A DNA stretch of 64,000 nt from Slackia sp. (GCA_047240885.1 JBKTHK010000004.1:47-64046); one strand, 5' to 3'; numbered from the stretch's first letter, positions 9,410 to 20,453 are shown. Numbers and translations are program-made. Notes: generated from the sequence alone by a model not told the origin.

Positions 9410-10027
9410 CTATACGAACAGGGGATTCGCAATCATTTCCAATACAAGCTGGCATCGAATGGAGAGGGGATCGGTGTTCTCCCGCAAAAATTGCTCCACC
9501 TCCGCACGGGGCAGCTCGAACGACTCGATGAACTCTGTCGACTCCGCCCTCGGTTCGCACACGCGCTCCACCTCGGCAAACACCATGGCGATGCTTTCGT
9601 CGCCCATTCCAAGCGACGAGTAGCCAGGCTGGAGGCATGTACGAGCGTTCGCCGGAGAGCCGTCTTCGTTGCGCACCAAGTCATAGCCGGTTTCCTCGCG
9701 AAGTTCGCGCGCCGCGCATTCGATGACATCTTCATCGGCCTCTTTCAAGCCGGCAGGAAATGCCACGCACATGCGATTCATAGGAAAGCGAAACTCGCGA
9801 ATGAGCAGAAACGCATCATCTGCCGTATGCCCCACGATGCACACGGCATCCGTCGAGGGCTCCGCCGCTGCTTCGCCGCGAATTTCCGCGCCGTACTGTT
9901 CGAGCCCCTTGCGTGAAACAACCTCGTAATTCAGCTCTCGGCCGTCGGGGAGGTCATAGGCAAGAACGTACTTTTTCAACCAACCGTCGCTCACCTGCTC
10001 GACGCCCTTCAAAACAGGCAGATCCAT
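9410..10027 (-). CDS. NUDIX hydrolase (ADP-ribose pyrophosphatase-like)
   Basis: FPAGLKE...CAARELREETG Nudix box; REFRFP. Confidence 0.9.
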   Translation of the reverse strand: MDLPVLKGVEQVSDGWLKKYVLAYDLPDGRELNYEVVSRKGLEQYGAEIRGEAAAEPSTDAVCIVGHTADDAFLLIREFRFPMNRMCVAFPAGLKEADEDVIECAARELREETGYDLVRNEDGSPANARTCLQPGYSSLGMGDESIAMVFAEVERVCEPRAESTEFIESFELPRAEVEQFLRENTDPLSIRCQLVLEMIANPLFV

Positions 10028-11140
10028 CTACAACACCTCCAGCTCGCGACCAACGCGCACGAACGCGTCGACCGCACAATCCAAATCTTCTTTCGTATGC
10101 GCAGCAGAAAGAATGCAGCGAATTCGGGCCTTGCCACGCGCGACCAGGGGATATTGGATAGCCTGCGCATAGACCCCCTCTCCATACAGTGCATCGCTCA
10201 TGCGAACAGCAAGGGCTTCGTCGCCAATCATAACGGGAATTACGGGCGTTGTTGAAATGCCCGTATCAAATCCGGCCGCGGCCATCTTTTCGGCAAAATA
10301 CGCGCGGTTTTCCCACAGGCGAACAACGCGAGAGTCATCGGCGGAAATCATCCGCAACGCCTCTGCCGCCGCTGCCGCCAAAGACGGAGCCAAAGGCGAC
10401 GCCGTCAAGATGAACGAACGGGCGCCAACACGCACGCGATCGATCAGCTCTTGACTGCCGGCAACGAAACCGCCCATGACGCCGAAAGCCTTCCCGAGCG
10501 ACCCCGTTTCCACCTGCACGCGCCCCTCGAGCCCGAAATGAGCCACCGTACCGCGGCCCATGGGCCCCATGACGCCGTCGCCGTGCGCGTCGTCGACAAG
10601 AAAGGTGGCTCCATAGCGCTCGCACACGTCGGCGATGACATCGAGCGGAGCCACGTCGCCATCCATGCTGAATACGGCATCGGTCATGACCAGCTTATTT
10701 TCGGCTTCGCATTCGGCGAGCTTTTGCTCAAGATCGGCCACATCGCAATGGTTGTACACCGTGGTATGCGCACGAGAAAGACGGCATCCGTCAATGAGGC
10801 TGCCGTGGTTGAGTTCGTCCGAGAAAATTTCGTCGCCCTTGCCAACAAGCACCGGAATGACACCGACATTTGCCGCGTAGCCGGACGAAAACACCAGCGC
10901 CGCCTCGGTGCCTTTGAAATCTGCAAGTTCGCGTTCAAGCTGCCCGTGCACGGGGAAATCGCCCACGATGTTACGACTTGCACACGGGCCGACACCATAC
11001 TGGTCAAGCGCGAATTTCGCCGCAGCGATCAGCTCGGGGGCGTCAGCCAGACCGAGATAATTGTTCGACGCAAGGTTGACGACGCTTTTGCCGGCAAGCA
11101 CTACACGGCCTCCCTGCGACGTTTCCGTTGTCCTGAACAT
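10028..11140 (-). CDS. PLP-dependent alpha-oxoamine synthase (BioF/Kbl family)
   Basis: SNNYLGL, SDELNHGSLIDG, FSMDGD, DDAHG and SLGKAFG motifs. Confidence 0.9.
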   Translation of the reverse strand: MFRTTETSQGGRVVLAGKSVVNLASNNYLGLADAPELIAAAKFALDQYGVGPCASRNIVGDFPVHGQLERELADFKGTEAALVFSSGYAANVGVIPVLVGKGDEIFSDELNHGSLIDGCRLSRAHTTVYNHCDVADLEQKLAECEAENKLVMTDAVFSMDGDVAPLDVIADVCERYGATFLVDDAHGDGVMGPMGRGTVAHFGLEGRVQVETGSLGKAFGVMGGFVAGSQELIDRVRVGARSFILTASPLAPSLAAAAAEALRMISADDSRVVRLWENRAYFAEKMAAAGFDTGISTTPVIPVMIGDEALAVRMSDALYGEGVYAQAIQYPLVARGKARIRCILSAAHTKEDLDCAVDAFVRVGRELEVL

Positions 11141-11594
11141 GCCACATCCCTTCTCGCGGACGGCTTTTCGCGAAAGCGCAACGTTGGAGGCACCACGCCG
11201 AGTCGTTGCGCAGCCCGCTTGCGAAGACCGCCATTATCTCTTCTTGAGCCCATTGTACTCGCAGAAGGGAAGACGGGTTCAGCCGACGAAAAGACGAAAG
11301 GCGAAAGAACGCCCGAATCTTGCAAGGCTTTCCGTTCCTGAGCCCAAAATGAATCTAAAAATAGCGATAAGCCGACAATAAACACGTAAGACAAATGCGC
11401 GAAACTTGTGCGCCACGCGCAACCCGCACGACCAAGGCGTACACTCATGATGAAGGCACGCGTTCGCAACGAAAACGCAAGCCCGCAGCAAAAGCGCGCA
11501 TCCGCTACAAGCGCGCTTGCAAACGCGCCATTCGCAGCTTGCCTCAACCAAGCGAATCCCGCGCGGCCTCGCCCGCTTTAGAGAAAGGACCCCC

Positions 11595-12878
11595 ATGGCA
11601 AACCATGTCGCAAGCCCTACGCAAGAAGAGCGCAGCGCACAGTTCGATGCGAAGCTACGCGCCTACGCCCGCCTCATCGTCGAAGCCGGATGTGCGCTCA
11701 AGCCAGGACAAGACCTCTTCGTACGCGCCCATATTGAAAACGCCCCTCTTGTTCGTCTGGTCACGCAAGAGGCGTACGCCATGGGCGCGCATCACGTCAC
11801 GGTTCGCTTCTCCGACGAAGCAATCGAGCGCATGCACTTCGACAACTGCCCCATGGACGTCTTCGAGAACGTGCCCGGTTGGCTTGCCGAACTCAATAAC
11901 AGCATGGCCCGCAACGGAGCCGCCGTGCTCACTATTGATTCAGACGACCCCGAAGCCATGTCCGGCATCGACACGCGCAAACTGATCGCCCGCGCCCAAG
12001 CAAGCCACGAAGCATGCAAGGAATTCTACGACGCGCTCGACTTCGGCCGTTGCGTATGGTGCATCGTCGGCGGAGCATCCCCCGCGTGGGCTCGCAAGGT
12101 GTTCCCCCATTTGCCCGAAGACGAAGCGGTCGAGCGTTTATGGGAGGCCATCTTCACCACCGTCCGCCTGAAGAGCGCCGATGCCCACGAAGCCGTCGCC
12201 GCTTGGCGCACGCACCGCGACAGCTTTGCCGAACGCTGCGCATGGCTTAACGAACAGCGCTTCGACGCCCTGCACTACACCAACGCCCACGGCACCGACC
12301 TCACGGTGGGCCTGACGAAAAAACATCTGTTCAACGGTGGCGGGGACACCACCGTCGACGGCGTGCAGTTCTTCCCGAACATGCCCACCGAAGAGATTTT
12401 CTCCACTCCTGATCGCATGCGCGCGGACGGCACCGTGGTCTCCGCCATGCCGCTTGCCCACAACGGCAGCCTGATAGACAACTTCAGCCTTACGTTCAAA
12501 GACGGCCGCGTAGTTGAGCTGCATGCGGAAACAGGCGAAGACGTGCTGCGCTCGATCGTGGAAACCGACGAAAACTCCTGCCGCCTTGGTGAAGTGGCCC
12601 TCGTTCCCTTCGACAGCCCCATTCGTAATTCCGGCATACTTTTCTATAGCACGCTCTTCGACGAGAATGCCAGCTGCCACCTTGCGCTCGGACAAGGCTT
12701 CCCCGATTGCTACGAAGGCGGCTTGCAGATGAGCGCCGAGGAACTTTTCGAGGGCGGCGTGAACAAAAGCGCCACGCACGTCGATTTCATGATCGGCACC
12801 GAGGACCTGAACATCGACGGCATCAAGGCAGACGGGCAACGCGTACCCATTTTCCGCAACGGCAATTGGGCCTTCTAG
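11595..12878 (+). CDS. Aminopeptidase, M29 family (PepS/AmpS)
   Basis: NMPTEEIFSTP, LGEVALV, TLFDENASCHLALG and HVDFMIG motifs. ATG follows AAAGGA. Confidence 0.93.
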   Translation: MANHVASPTQEERSAQFDAKLRAYARLIVEAGCALKPGQDLFVRAHIENAPLVRLVTQEAYAMGAHHVTVRFSDEAIERMHFDNCPMDVFENVPGWLAELNNSMARNGAAVLTIDSDDPEAMSGIDTRKLIARAQASHEACKEFYDALDFGRCVWCIVGGASPAWARKVFPHLPEDEAVERLWEAIFTTVRLKSADAHEAVAAWRTHRDSFAERCAWLNEQRFDALHYTNAHGTDLTVGLTKKHLFNGGGDTTVDGVQFFPNMPTEEIFSTPDRMRADGTVVSAMPLAHNGSLIDNFSLTFKDGRVVELHAETGEDVLRSIVETDENSCRLGEVALVPFDSPIRNSGILFYSTLFDENASCHLALGQGFPDCYEGGLQMSAEELFEGGVNKSATHVDFMIGTEDLNIDGIKADGQRVPIFRNGNWAF

Positions 12879-13125
12879 ACGAATCCGGGCAGGTTCCTCA
12901 TAGCGCGCATGTTGCTCGCTTGTAAACACATGCGCCGTTCGTAAAGAGAAACATGAAGACTTGTCCATAATTCAACGACCTGGAAGCGACGGGTGTACCA
13001 TGGGGCATCTGTCGCTTCCGCGCAAACGTCGCTTCGCGCATGCCGCATTCCGGGCCTTCGCAACGAGTCGTTTCAACGGAAGCGGGATATGTCGCAACCA
13101 AGAGGAAGCCACGCGGAAAGCAGCC

Positions 13126-13665
13126 ATGCCGAACACTCAATGCTCCGTCGAAGCAGCAAAAGTCGACGAGTTTTCAAACGAAGGAAAGAAGACAGAGCAC
13201 GCAGCCACGCAATCTCGCAGGAAGCGCGCCCGCCACGCCGCCGAAACCGCGGGAAAGTTCGTTATACAGCTCGCCTTCCTTATTGGCGTCTGCTACATCG
13301 GCAACACCGTAGCAGCGGCGATTCCCCTTGGTATACCCGGCAACATCGTGAGCATGGTGCTGCTGCTCGGCCTGCTTATAACGGGAATGCTGCAAGCTAC
13401 GAAAATTGACCTTGTATCTAGCTTCTTGCTGAAATACATGCCGGTATTCTTCATCCCCGCAGGCGTAAGCGTCATGGGGTGCTTCCCTATGATTGCCGAC
13501 CATCTGCCCCAATTCGCACTCGTCGTTCTCCTCACCACGGTTCTTGTGTTTCTTGTCACCTCGCTTACCGTCACGGCCGTCATCAAAATGCAGGCCAAAA
13601 TCGCAGAGAAAAAGGGGCTTGAATTCGATACCTCCGTGCCGCTTTCGAACGAAGGAGCCAACTAA
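13126..13665 (+). CDS. lrgA: CidA/LrgA-family membrane protein
   Basis: IPGNIVSMVLL and MPVFFIPAGV motifs; TAATG overlap with lrgB. Confidence 0.88.
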   Translation: MPNTQCSVEAAKVDEFSNEGKKTEHAATQSRRKRARHAAETAGKFVIQLAFLIGVCYIGNTVAAAIPLGIPGNIVSMVLLLGLLITGMLQATKIDLVSSFLLKYMPVFFIPAGVSVMGCFPMIADHLPQFALVVLLTTVLVFLVTSLTVTAVIKMQAKIAEKKGLEFDTSVPLSNEGAN

Positions 13666-14360
13666 TGGACGTGCACAGCATTTTGGCGACAATCCTGAGC
13701 CTTGCTCTTTCCATCGGAGCTTTTGCGGGATCCGTATGGCTGAACAGGAAGGTGAAATCCTCCCTTCTCAACCCGCTGCTCGTGTCGGTAGCGGTCATCA
13801 TCTCCGTACTGGTTCTGCTTCAGATTCCCCTTGAGACCTATGAGCAGGGCGCGGAAGCCATTTCGGCCATGCTCGGCCCCGCAACCGCCGTGCTTGCCTA
13901 TTCCATCTACCAGCAGCGCCGCGTGCTCAAGAGCCACTTCCTGCCCGTGATGCTCGGCTGTCTTGCCGGATCGACTACTTCCATGGTCAGCGCTTATGCA
14001 TTGTGCCAGCTACTGGGATTGGGCGACCAAGTAGCCCTTTCCACCTTGCCGAAGTCCACCACTGCCCCCATAGCGCTCTCCATTACAGGCGAGCTCGGCG
14101 GCACCGCATCCATCACTCTGGCGGCCGTCATCACCACCGGCGTGCTTGGTGCAATCCTTTCGCCCTCACTGGCGAAGCTGTTCCGCATCCGCAGCAAAAT
14201 TGCGCAAGGCGTGGCCATCGGCACCTGCAGCCATGCCATAGGAACGACAAAGGCTCTCGAAATGGGAGAGCTCGAAGGAGCCATGAGCGGCGTTGCCATT
14301 GCCGTATCGGGGCTTCTAACCTGCTTTATAGTCATAGGCGCGCAGGCGTTTTTCGGCTAA
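13665..14360 (+). CDS. lrgB: CidB/LrgB-family membrane protein
   Basis: LNPLL, LGPATAVLA, PKSTTAPIA and SHAIGT motifs. Confidence 0.92.
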   Translation: MDVHSILATILSLALSIGAFAGSVWLNRKVKSSLLNPLLVSVAVIISVLVLLQIPLETYEQGAEAISAMLGPATAVLAYSIYQQRRVLKSHFLPVMLGCLAGSTTSMVSAYALCQLLGLGDQVALSTLPKSTTAPIALSITGELGGTASITLAAVITTGVLGAILSPSLAKLFRIRSKIAQGVAIGTCSHAIGTTKALEMGELEGAMSGVAIAVSGLLTCFIVIGAQAFFG

Positions 14361-14372
14361 GTGCCCACAAAA

Positions 14373-14405
14373 GCATGGCGCCCGCGAAGTCTGTGGGCGC
14401 CATGC
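14373..14405. terminator. Hairpin between convergent genes
   Basis: GCATGGCGCCC ... GGGCGCCATGC. Confidence 0.6.
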
Positions 14406-14486
14406 GAAAAACTCACTGTTTTACCAGCCGAGAAGACAAGCCTTCACCGGGCGAAAGGTGAAAACCCCTTTCGCATTCGGAAGTGG

Positions 14487-15107
14487 CTATCGAATGAAAT
14501 TCGTGCGAACAATGGGCTCGCGCGGCGGCATTTCGATTCCGGCATTCTTTCCCGCTTCGATGCACTTCATAATCCACGCCATATTGCGACCAAGCGTGCG
14601 CATGGTTTGCATGCCCTCTTCGTCGCGCATGACTTCCTCGGGCGTGTTTCCATGGACCTGGTTCCAATATTGAGAACCAACAACTACCATATTCGAAATG
14701 GTGAAGTACTTATTCAGCTGGTCGAACGTTGCCGTTGCGCCCCCGCGACGGCAGCTGGCAATAGCGGCAGCCGGCTTGCCGGCAAACAGGTTACCCCTGC
14801 CATAGAACGCGCGATCCATAAACGACGTGAGCGCACCCGATGCGCTGGCGAAATGCACCGGCGACCCGAAAACGAACGCGTCGTAGCGCGAAGCGTCATC
14901 GAGAAATTGATTCACCGCGTCATCAATGAAACAACGGCCCGACTTGAGGCATTTCCCGCAACCGAGGCATCCTGAGATAGCACCCGTGCCAATCCACATG
15001 ATATCGGCGTCGATGCCCTGCTCCTGCAAACCAGCCTCGACCGCGCCAAGCGCCGTGTACGTGCAGCCGCGACGATGCGGGCTTCCGTTGATAAGCAATG
15101 CCTTCAT
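14487..15107 (-). CDS. Iron-sulfur flavoprotein / FMN-reductase flavodoxin family
   Basis: NGSPH..GCT, compact CxxCxxCx5C, GSPVH and RRGG motifs. Confidence 0.88.
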   Translation of the reverse strand: MKALLINGSPHRRGCTYTALGAVEAGLQEQGIDADIMWIGTGAISGCLGCGKCLKSGRCFIDDAVNQFLDDASRYDAFVFGSPVHFASASGALTSFMDRAFYGRGNLFAGKPAAAIASCRRGGATATFDQLNKYFTISNMVVVGSQYWNQVHGNTPEEVMRDEEGMQTMRTLGRNMAWIMKCIEAGKNAGIEMPPREPIVRTNFIR

Positions 15108-15806
15108 GAGGACCCCCTTTGATTGAAGCTATCGCATCCCCATGATACCGCGCCCGAACCCTAAGCAGCCCCGCCGTTGCCAGGATGTATCGCATTACCC
15201 GGAATGACTCCTGCGAATGCACAGCCCCGCAACGAAAAGAGCAAGCAGAAACGCACCCGCCCACCCATGGCAAGCATCCCTGCCTGCTCGCCGAAAATGC
15301 ATCCTATCAGCGCGCTTGCCAGAGCTGAAACCACCAGATAAAACGAGGCCGCCGCATAGACAACAAGCACCAGAGACCCGTCATGCTGCTCCATTTTCGC
15401 CTCTTTTCATCTTGATAAACCGCAACAGCCGACAAGAAAACCAGCAGAGCGCGCAGCAGGCAGGCCCAACGCGAACGCCACCCGTCGCACCCGCCAATAA
15501 CCATCGTCGTGAGCAACGACTGCATCGACGCATTGTCGACTTCGTCAGCAAACTCAGGGCAGTATAGGCAGAGCCCTCTTGACGATGCCGCCGCTTTCGT
15601 TTGTTTTGCCGATCGGTTGATCGGACAAGACGGACTCTTCACATGTTCTCGCCTGAAAAGCCGCCTGCGGCGTAAAATCGCCCACATGGCGCAATGCGGC
15701 TCCTTGCTACCGGGCTTTTCCTCCGGGTGCATGCCGCTGCAACCTATACACTGTCATGGCAAACCACCCACAAGGAGAAATAATCGAGCAAAGATAAGGG
15801 ACCGTT

Positions 15807-16594
15807 ATGAACGACTACATCGAAAGCTACGGAGAACGATGCGCTTTTGACCCAGAAAGCAACAAGGAGGAGCACGCCGCCGCTGTTAGGAGTCGAGAGC
15901 GTAACGGGTTCCCGCTCGCCTCATTCGCTCATGCGGACATCCGCCCCGGCGCTCCCGACATGGTCGAAGGCGTCATCTTCGACCTTGACGGCACGCTTCT
16001 TGACTCTATGCCTTGGTGGGAAAACCTTGGAGAAAACTACACCGATCCTCGCGGAAAACGCCCGCGCACGACATACGCCACCACTTCAAGCGACTCACGC
16101 TTGAAGGCTCTGCTCGCTATATGAAAGAAGAGTACGACCTCGAAGAGTCCATCGCGGAAATTTCTGCCGGAATCCTGGACGGAATCGAACATGCCTATCG
16201 CAGCTCCATCCCCTTGAAGCCCGGAGTTGTCGAGATGCTCGAGGCATTCGCTCGGGAGGGGGTACGCATGTGCGTTGCCACGGCCACAGAATACCATTGC
16301 GCCCAAGCAGCACTTGAACGCTGCGACATCATGCATTACTTTTCTGCGCTGTTCACCTGCAGCGAGGTAGGGGCAAGTAAAACCGAGCCGCTCATTTTTG
16401 ACATTTCCCTGGCCCACCTAGAAACGCCGCGCGAAACGACCTTCGTCATGGAAGACTCCCTCCATGCCATAGAAACAGCTCAAAATGCGGGTTTTCCAAC
16501 CATTGCCGTGTACGAAGCAGCGTCGGCAAGCGACGAAGCGGAAATCAGGCGCATTGCGGATGCGTATCTGGACTCGTTCGAGCTGAAAGCGTAG
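15807..16594 (+). CDS. HAD-family phosphatase (frameshift near 16045)
   Basis: DLDGTLLDS in 15807..16124; LKPGV, K.EP and EDS motifs in 16013..16594. Confidence 0.85.
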
Positions 16595-16856
16595 CACCTT
16601 TCTCTCGACATGCAAAAGCCCCGAGCCGTCCGTCTTACTTCTCTCGAAGCAAAAGACAAGCGACTCGGGGCCAAGAGCTTGCCGCACGCGAAGGGGAGGG
16701 ACCGCGCGACAATATATCGTGAAAAGTCGGCAAGGAGGAGCGGCGCTTCAAAGAATAGAAGCGCCGGAATGCCTTGCTGCGTTAAGGTGCCATATACCGC
16801 CATGGACGATTGCTTCATCACACTGCCGTACAAAGGCGCCCGCACGTCATCGTCGG

Positions 16857-18470
16857 CTATTTCGCAGCCAAAGCGCGGCCAACCACGTAGCCCTGCGTAT
16901 GGCAGCGTCCAAGCGAAAGACCGGGAAGATCCATCGGGTAGTCGGGGCTTCCGAAGAAGTTGCCCGCGCAGTTGCCAATGGCGTAAAGGCCTTCGATCGG
17001 ATTGCCCTCGGCATCAAGAACACTCATTTCCTCGTTCACGTTCACGCCATGCACGATTGCAGAAAGACGAATGTGACGATGAATGCCGTAGAAGGGTGCC
17101 TGCTTGATAGGCTTGAGCCATTTCGCCTCTTTGCCCATGTCGGAATCTACGCCGGCATCGACAAGCTCGTTGTAGCGCTTCACCGTCTCGGCGAAAGCGG
17201 CCACGTCAGTAAGGCCGAGCTTTTCGCCAAGTTCCTCTATGGTGTCCGCCTTAAACGTCGCAATGAGGTCTTCGTACACGCCCGCCTTCTCGCCCTCTTC
17301 TTCAGGCATGTAAGCCTTCAGAGCTTCGGGGTCGTAGAGCTTACCGGGCCAGTCAGCGCAGTCGGTCATATAGTTGCTGTCGAAGACTTGCGTGTAATAG
17401 CCTTCGTCTTGCGGACCAGTGAGGAAATTGCCCATGTAGGCCATTGCAGAACGAGATTCGTTGCAGAAGCGCGTACCGTCGTTTTTCACGCAGAGGAACG
17501 GCATGTCGGCCATGGAGCCCGGGCCTGCGTCGAAGTCATGCTGAACCTTGGAGCCGCACACCGGCTCCATACGAGCACCTGCCCATACCATCATCTTCTG
17601 GCCGTCGCCCGTCTTGTTGTTCTGCTTGCGAGCAATATTGGCCATGTCGGGATTGTAGTAGGCCATCATTTCGTCGTCATTGGTGTAGTCGCCCGTGGCA
17701 ATTACGACGCCCTTGGAGCCATTGAACTGAACGTAGCCATTATCGGTGTCGCAAATCACACCAATAACCTTGCCGGAGTCATCTTTAACAAGCTGCTCGG
17801 CACGAGAGGAGTAGAAAATCTCCAAGCCGTCTTTGCCGCCGAAATAATCGCACAGATCCTGCATGCCCGTGCCCGTGTTATACGGCTTCGGGCCGTAGTC
17901 GAATGCGAAATAAGTGATGGGCTGACCGTCAATCGTGCTGATGGAAGAAGTCCACTTCGCCGTCGTATCGACGATCTGGCATCCCGCTTCAGTGGACTTG
18001 TCCCACAGCCACTTCAAAGCCTCGCCAGAATTATTCGCCCATAGATTGACCTGATCGCGATGGGAACGCCAAGCGCACTGCTCGGTCACCCACGAGACAA
18101 CGGCAGCACGGCCCGCTTCGTCAGTCTGGTCTGCAAGCAAAGAGTCGCAGGTGTTGCCCTGGGAGATAGCCTTGCTTTCCTTCTGAACAAGAGCGACCTT
18201 GGCTCCGCTTTCGGCCGCGGCAAGAGCACACGGAACGCCCGCAGCGCCGGCGCCCACGACCACGATATCGAATTCCTTAGTTTCAGCAATATCGGTAATG
18301 GCTTCAGGCTGCTGGAAGAAGCTCGGAAGGCCATCGCTCGACGCATCGCCCTCAGCCGGTCCGTTTTTGCCTGCCGAAGAAGGGGCGCAACCAGCAAGCA
18401 TACCGGCGCCCGCAGCGCCCATTGCGGCAACACCGCCGAACTTGAACAAATCACGACGAGTAAGTTCCAT
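16857..18470 (-). CDS. Tat-exported lipoprotein flavin reductase (flavocytochrome c flavin-subunit family)
   Basis: TRRDLFK twin-Arg signal, LAGC lipobox, VVGAGAAG, ATGDY, RFCNE and GLYAIGN motifs. Confidence 0.92.
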   Translation of the reverse strand: MELTRRDLFKFGGVAAMGAAGAGMLAGCAPSSAGKNGPAEGDASSDGLPSFFQQPEAITDIAETKEFDIVVVGAGAAGVPCALAAAESGAKVALVQKESKAISQGNTCDSLLADQTDEAGRAAVVSWVTEQCAWRSHRDQVNLWANNSGEALKWLWDKSTEAGCQIVDTTAKWTSSISTIDGQPITYFAFDYGPKPYNTGTGMQDLCDYFGGKDGLEIFYSSRAEQLVKDDSGKVIGVICDTDNGYVQFNGSKGVVIATGDYTNDDEMMAYYNPDMANIARKQNNKTGDGQKMMVWAGARMEPVCGSKVQHDFDAGPGSMADMPFLCVKNDGTRFCNESRSAMAYMGNFLTGPQDEGYYTQVFDSNYMTDCADWPGKLYDPEALKAYMPEEEGEKAGVYEDLIATFKADTIEELGEKLGLTDVAAFAETVKRYNELVDAGVDSDMGKEAKWLKPIKQAPFYGIHRHIRLSAIVHGVNVNEEMSVLDAEGNPIEGLYAIGNCAGNFFGSPDYPMDLPGLSLGRCHTQGYVVGRALAAK

Positions 18471-18601
18471 GATTCCTCTTTTCTTTTTCCCTCCTGTGAT
18501 TTCGGCGCTTTAGCCAAAAGCTCTAGCTGCGCCGAACTGAGGCGAACCTTACTCGGCAACTCGAAAGATTCCATCGACCCACGTGCATAAATGACGGTCT
18601 A

Positions 18602-18628
18602 TTTCTTATAACCCCTTTCTATAACCCC
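18602..18628. promoter_or_regulatory. Tandem direct repeat in the divergent promoter (candidate LuxR site)
   Basis: TTTCTTATAACCCC immediately followed by TTTCTATAACCCC. Confidence 0.35.
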
Positions 18629-18748
18629 CTGTTTACCAGGAGTTTCGCAAGAATTGCAGTTTCCGACAAAGCCCGCTTTCGCTACAATACCCCTGCAGAA
18701 AACCCCGCAAGATTCGTCCAGAAAGAAATTCCGCCCTCGGAGACCCTT

Positions 18749-20218
18749 ATGCAACCTTCTGATTCGCAAGAAACCATCCAAGAAAACACCGGACGACCGA
18801 CACTCGTCCTTGGATTCATTCCCCTAGTTCCCCTGGCCTTTCTGGGTCTTGGAATTTACCGCGCCTGGATAGAAATCGCCTTCGTTGGGTCGTTTACGGG
18901 CTTGCCAGCGCATGCACAAAGCGTCTTCGGAGGAAGCCTTGGCGTGCGCGACCTTTTCGACGGAAGCATGGTGGCAGTCTCTCTCGCCTGTGCGCTTTTC
19001 GCAAAACGAATCGGTCCGTTTTTCGACAAGAAACCGATTTACGTCGCAAGCTCTTTGCTCCTGGTTCTATCCACCGTGCTTGTTTTCTCAACACGATTCT
19101 TCCCCGAATCTTCCTTATTCCTAGGGTCGTTTGCCGCTGTAGCGGGCGGCACAGGAATAGCCTTTCTCATCCTGCTTTGGAGCGAGCTGTACGGGTGCCT
19201 CAACCCGCTGCGCGTTGCAACGTATTATTCGCTCTCCATTGTCGTGGGAGCGATTATCGTATACATATGGCACGGATTCATGTTTCCCTGGCTTTTCGTG
19301 ATGACCGCTTTGCTGCCGCTTGTCTCCATTCTTTGCGTACACGAAAGCTTCCGCCAGCTACCTTCGGAGGAACGGCCGCAAAACACAAAGACCCGCCTTT
19401 CCATTCCCTGGAAAGTAATCGTCTTGATGTCCATCTATGCCTTTGCTTATGGACTTATGGAACGTACCACGTACTCAGGATACTTCGGCCCCCATTCGGC
19501 GCCAGGCACGCTTGCCGCCGGAGCGGTTGTATTCTTCGCCGTTGCCGCGCAGGGCAAGCATTTCGACTTCGGCATGATTTATAGGTTGGCACTTCCCCTT
19601 ACCGTTGCCGCCCTGTTGCTCATTCCGGCTTTCAACATCCTAAGCGAGCCCGTCAGCAGCTTCTGCGTTTCAGCAGGCTACACCGCACAGTCCATCCTCA
19701 TCATGGTCATCATCGCAAACCTGTGCTATCGCTACGGAGCATCCGCCATTCTGCTTTTCGGCATCGAGCGCGGCGTGCGGCAAATTTCCATGATTGCAGG
19801 GCGTGCAGTGAACGACCAAGCGCACCTTCTCGGAAGCAACGGAGAAGTGTTCTTGGCCGCATTGACCGTCGTTGCGGTAATGGCGGCAACTTTGATCATC
19901 ATGTCGGAGCGCGAGCTCTCAAGCAGCTGGGGCGTCACGGTGGGTAAAACAAACCCCAGCGAAACATCGCTCACCGCACGCAAGCATGAACTCTCCTCTC
20001 GTGTTGCCGACGTTTCGCGCAAACACAAGTTGTCCGCCCGTGAAGAAGAAGTCCTTCTTCTGCTTGCGCAGCGCAAGACCGTCGGCAGCATTGAGCGCGA
20101 GCTTTTTATTGCGAATGGCACCGCAAAAGCCCACGTCCGCCACATCTATCAAAAACTCGGCATCCATACGAGGCAGGAGCTCTTCGACATGCTAGGAGTT
20201 GACGGAAAGACGAAATAA
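18749..20218 (+). CDS. Multi-TM LuxR-family one-component regulator
   Basis: About 12 hydrophobic segments, then LSAREEEVL...TAKAHVRHIYQKLGIH HTH. Confidence 0.93.
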   Translation: MQPSDSQETIQENTGRPTLVLGFIPLVPLAFLGLGIYRAWIEIAFVGSFTGLPAHAQSVFGGSLGVRDLFDGSMVAVSLACALFAKRIGPFFDKKPIYVASSLLLVLSTVLVFSTRFFPESSLFLGSFAAVAGGTGIAFLILLWSELYGCLNPLRVATYYSLSIVVGAIIVYIWHGFMFPWLFVMTALLPLVSILCVHESFRQLPSEERPQNTKTRLSIPWKVIVLMSIYAFAYGLMERTTYSGYFGPHSAPGTLAAGAVVFFAVAAQGKHFDFGMIYRLALPLTVAALLLIPAFNILSEPVSSFCVSAGYTAQSILIMVIIANLCYRYGASAILLFGIERGVRQISMIAGRAVNDQAHLLGSNGEVFLAALTVVAVMAATLIIMSERELSSSWGVTVGKTNPSETSLTARKHELSSRVADVSRKHKLSAREEEVLLLLAQRKTVGSIERELFIANGTAKAHVRHIYQKLGIHTRQELFDMLGVDGKTK

Positions 20219-20327
20219 CGAATTCGAGAAGAGGCGATTTGCGCCGCTTTGCTGATAGCCGCACTGCGGGCACGAACGGGCCGAAGTTCTTTGCAAGATA
20301 AGATCGAAAGAACCGCCCAAGCACACG

Positions 20328-20362
20328 AATGCCCGCAACGGAAGCATCGTTGCGGGCATTTT
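20328..20362. terminator. Intrinsic terminator
   Basis: AATGCCCGCAACG/CGTTGCGGGCATT stem with a T tail. Confidence 0.75.
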
Positions 20363-20453
20363 TAATCACTACAGGCGTTGCCGCCCCCACGTTGCAAGCG
20401 CTCTCAATCGCCGCAAGGCACCCCCATCGCTGGAGGCCTCATCAAGCGACAGA

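Noticed and set aside
11141..11594. Riboswitch upstream of the BioF/Kbl-family gene
   Set aside because: No glycine, SAM or other aptamer consensus was recognisable.
2234..14360. Phage lysis module (amidase + LrgA/LrgB)
   Set aside because: The genes are about 10 kb apart in a chromosomal context with no phage genes; lrgAB is a common host operon.
15161..15732. Possible small membrane protein on the minus strand
   Set aside because: Hydrophobic fragments lie in different frames with no recognisable family. It may be a frameshifted gene but cannot be supported.
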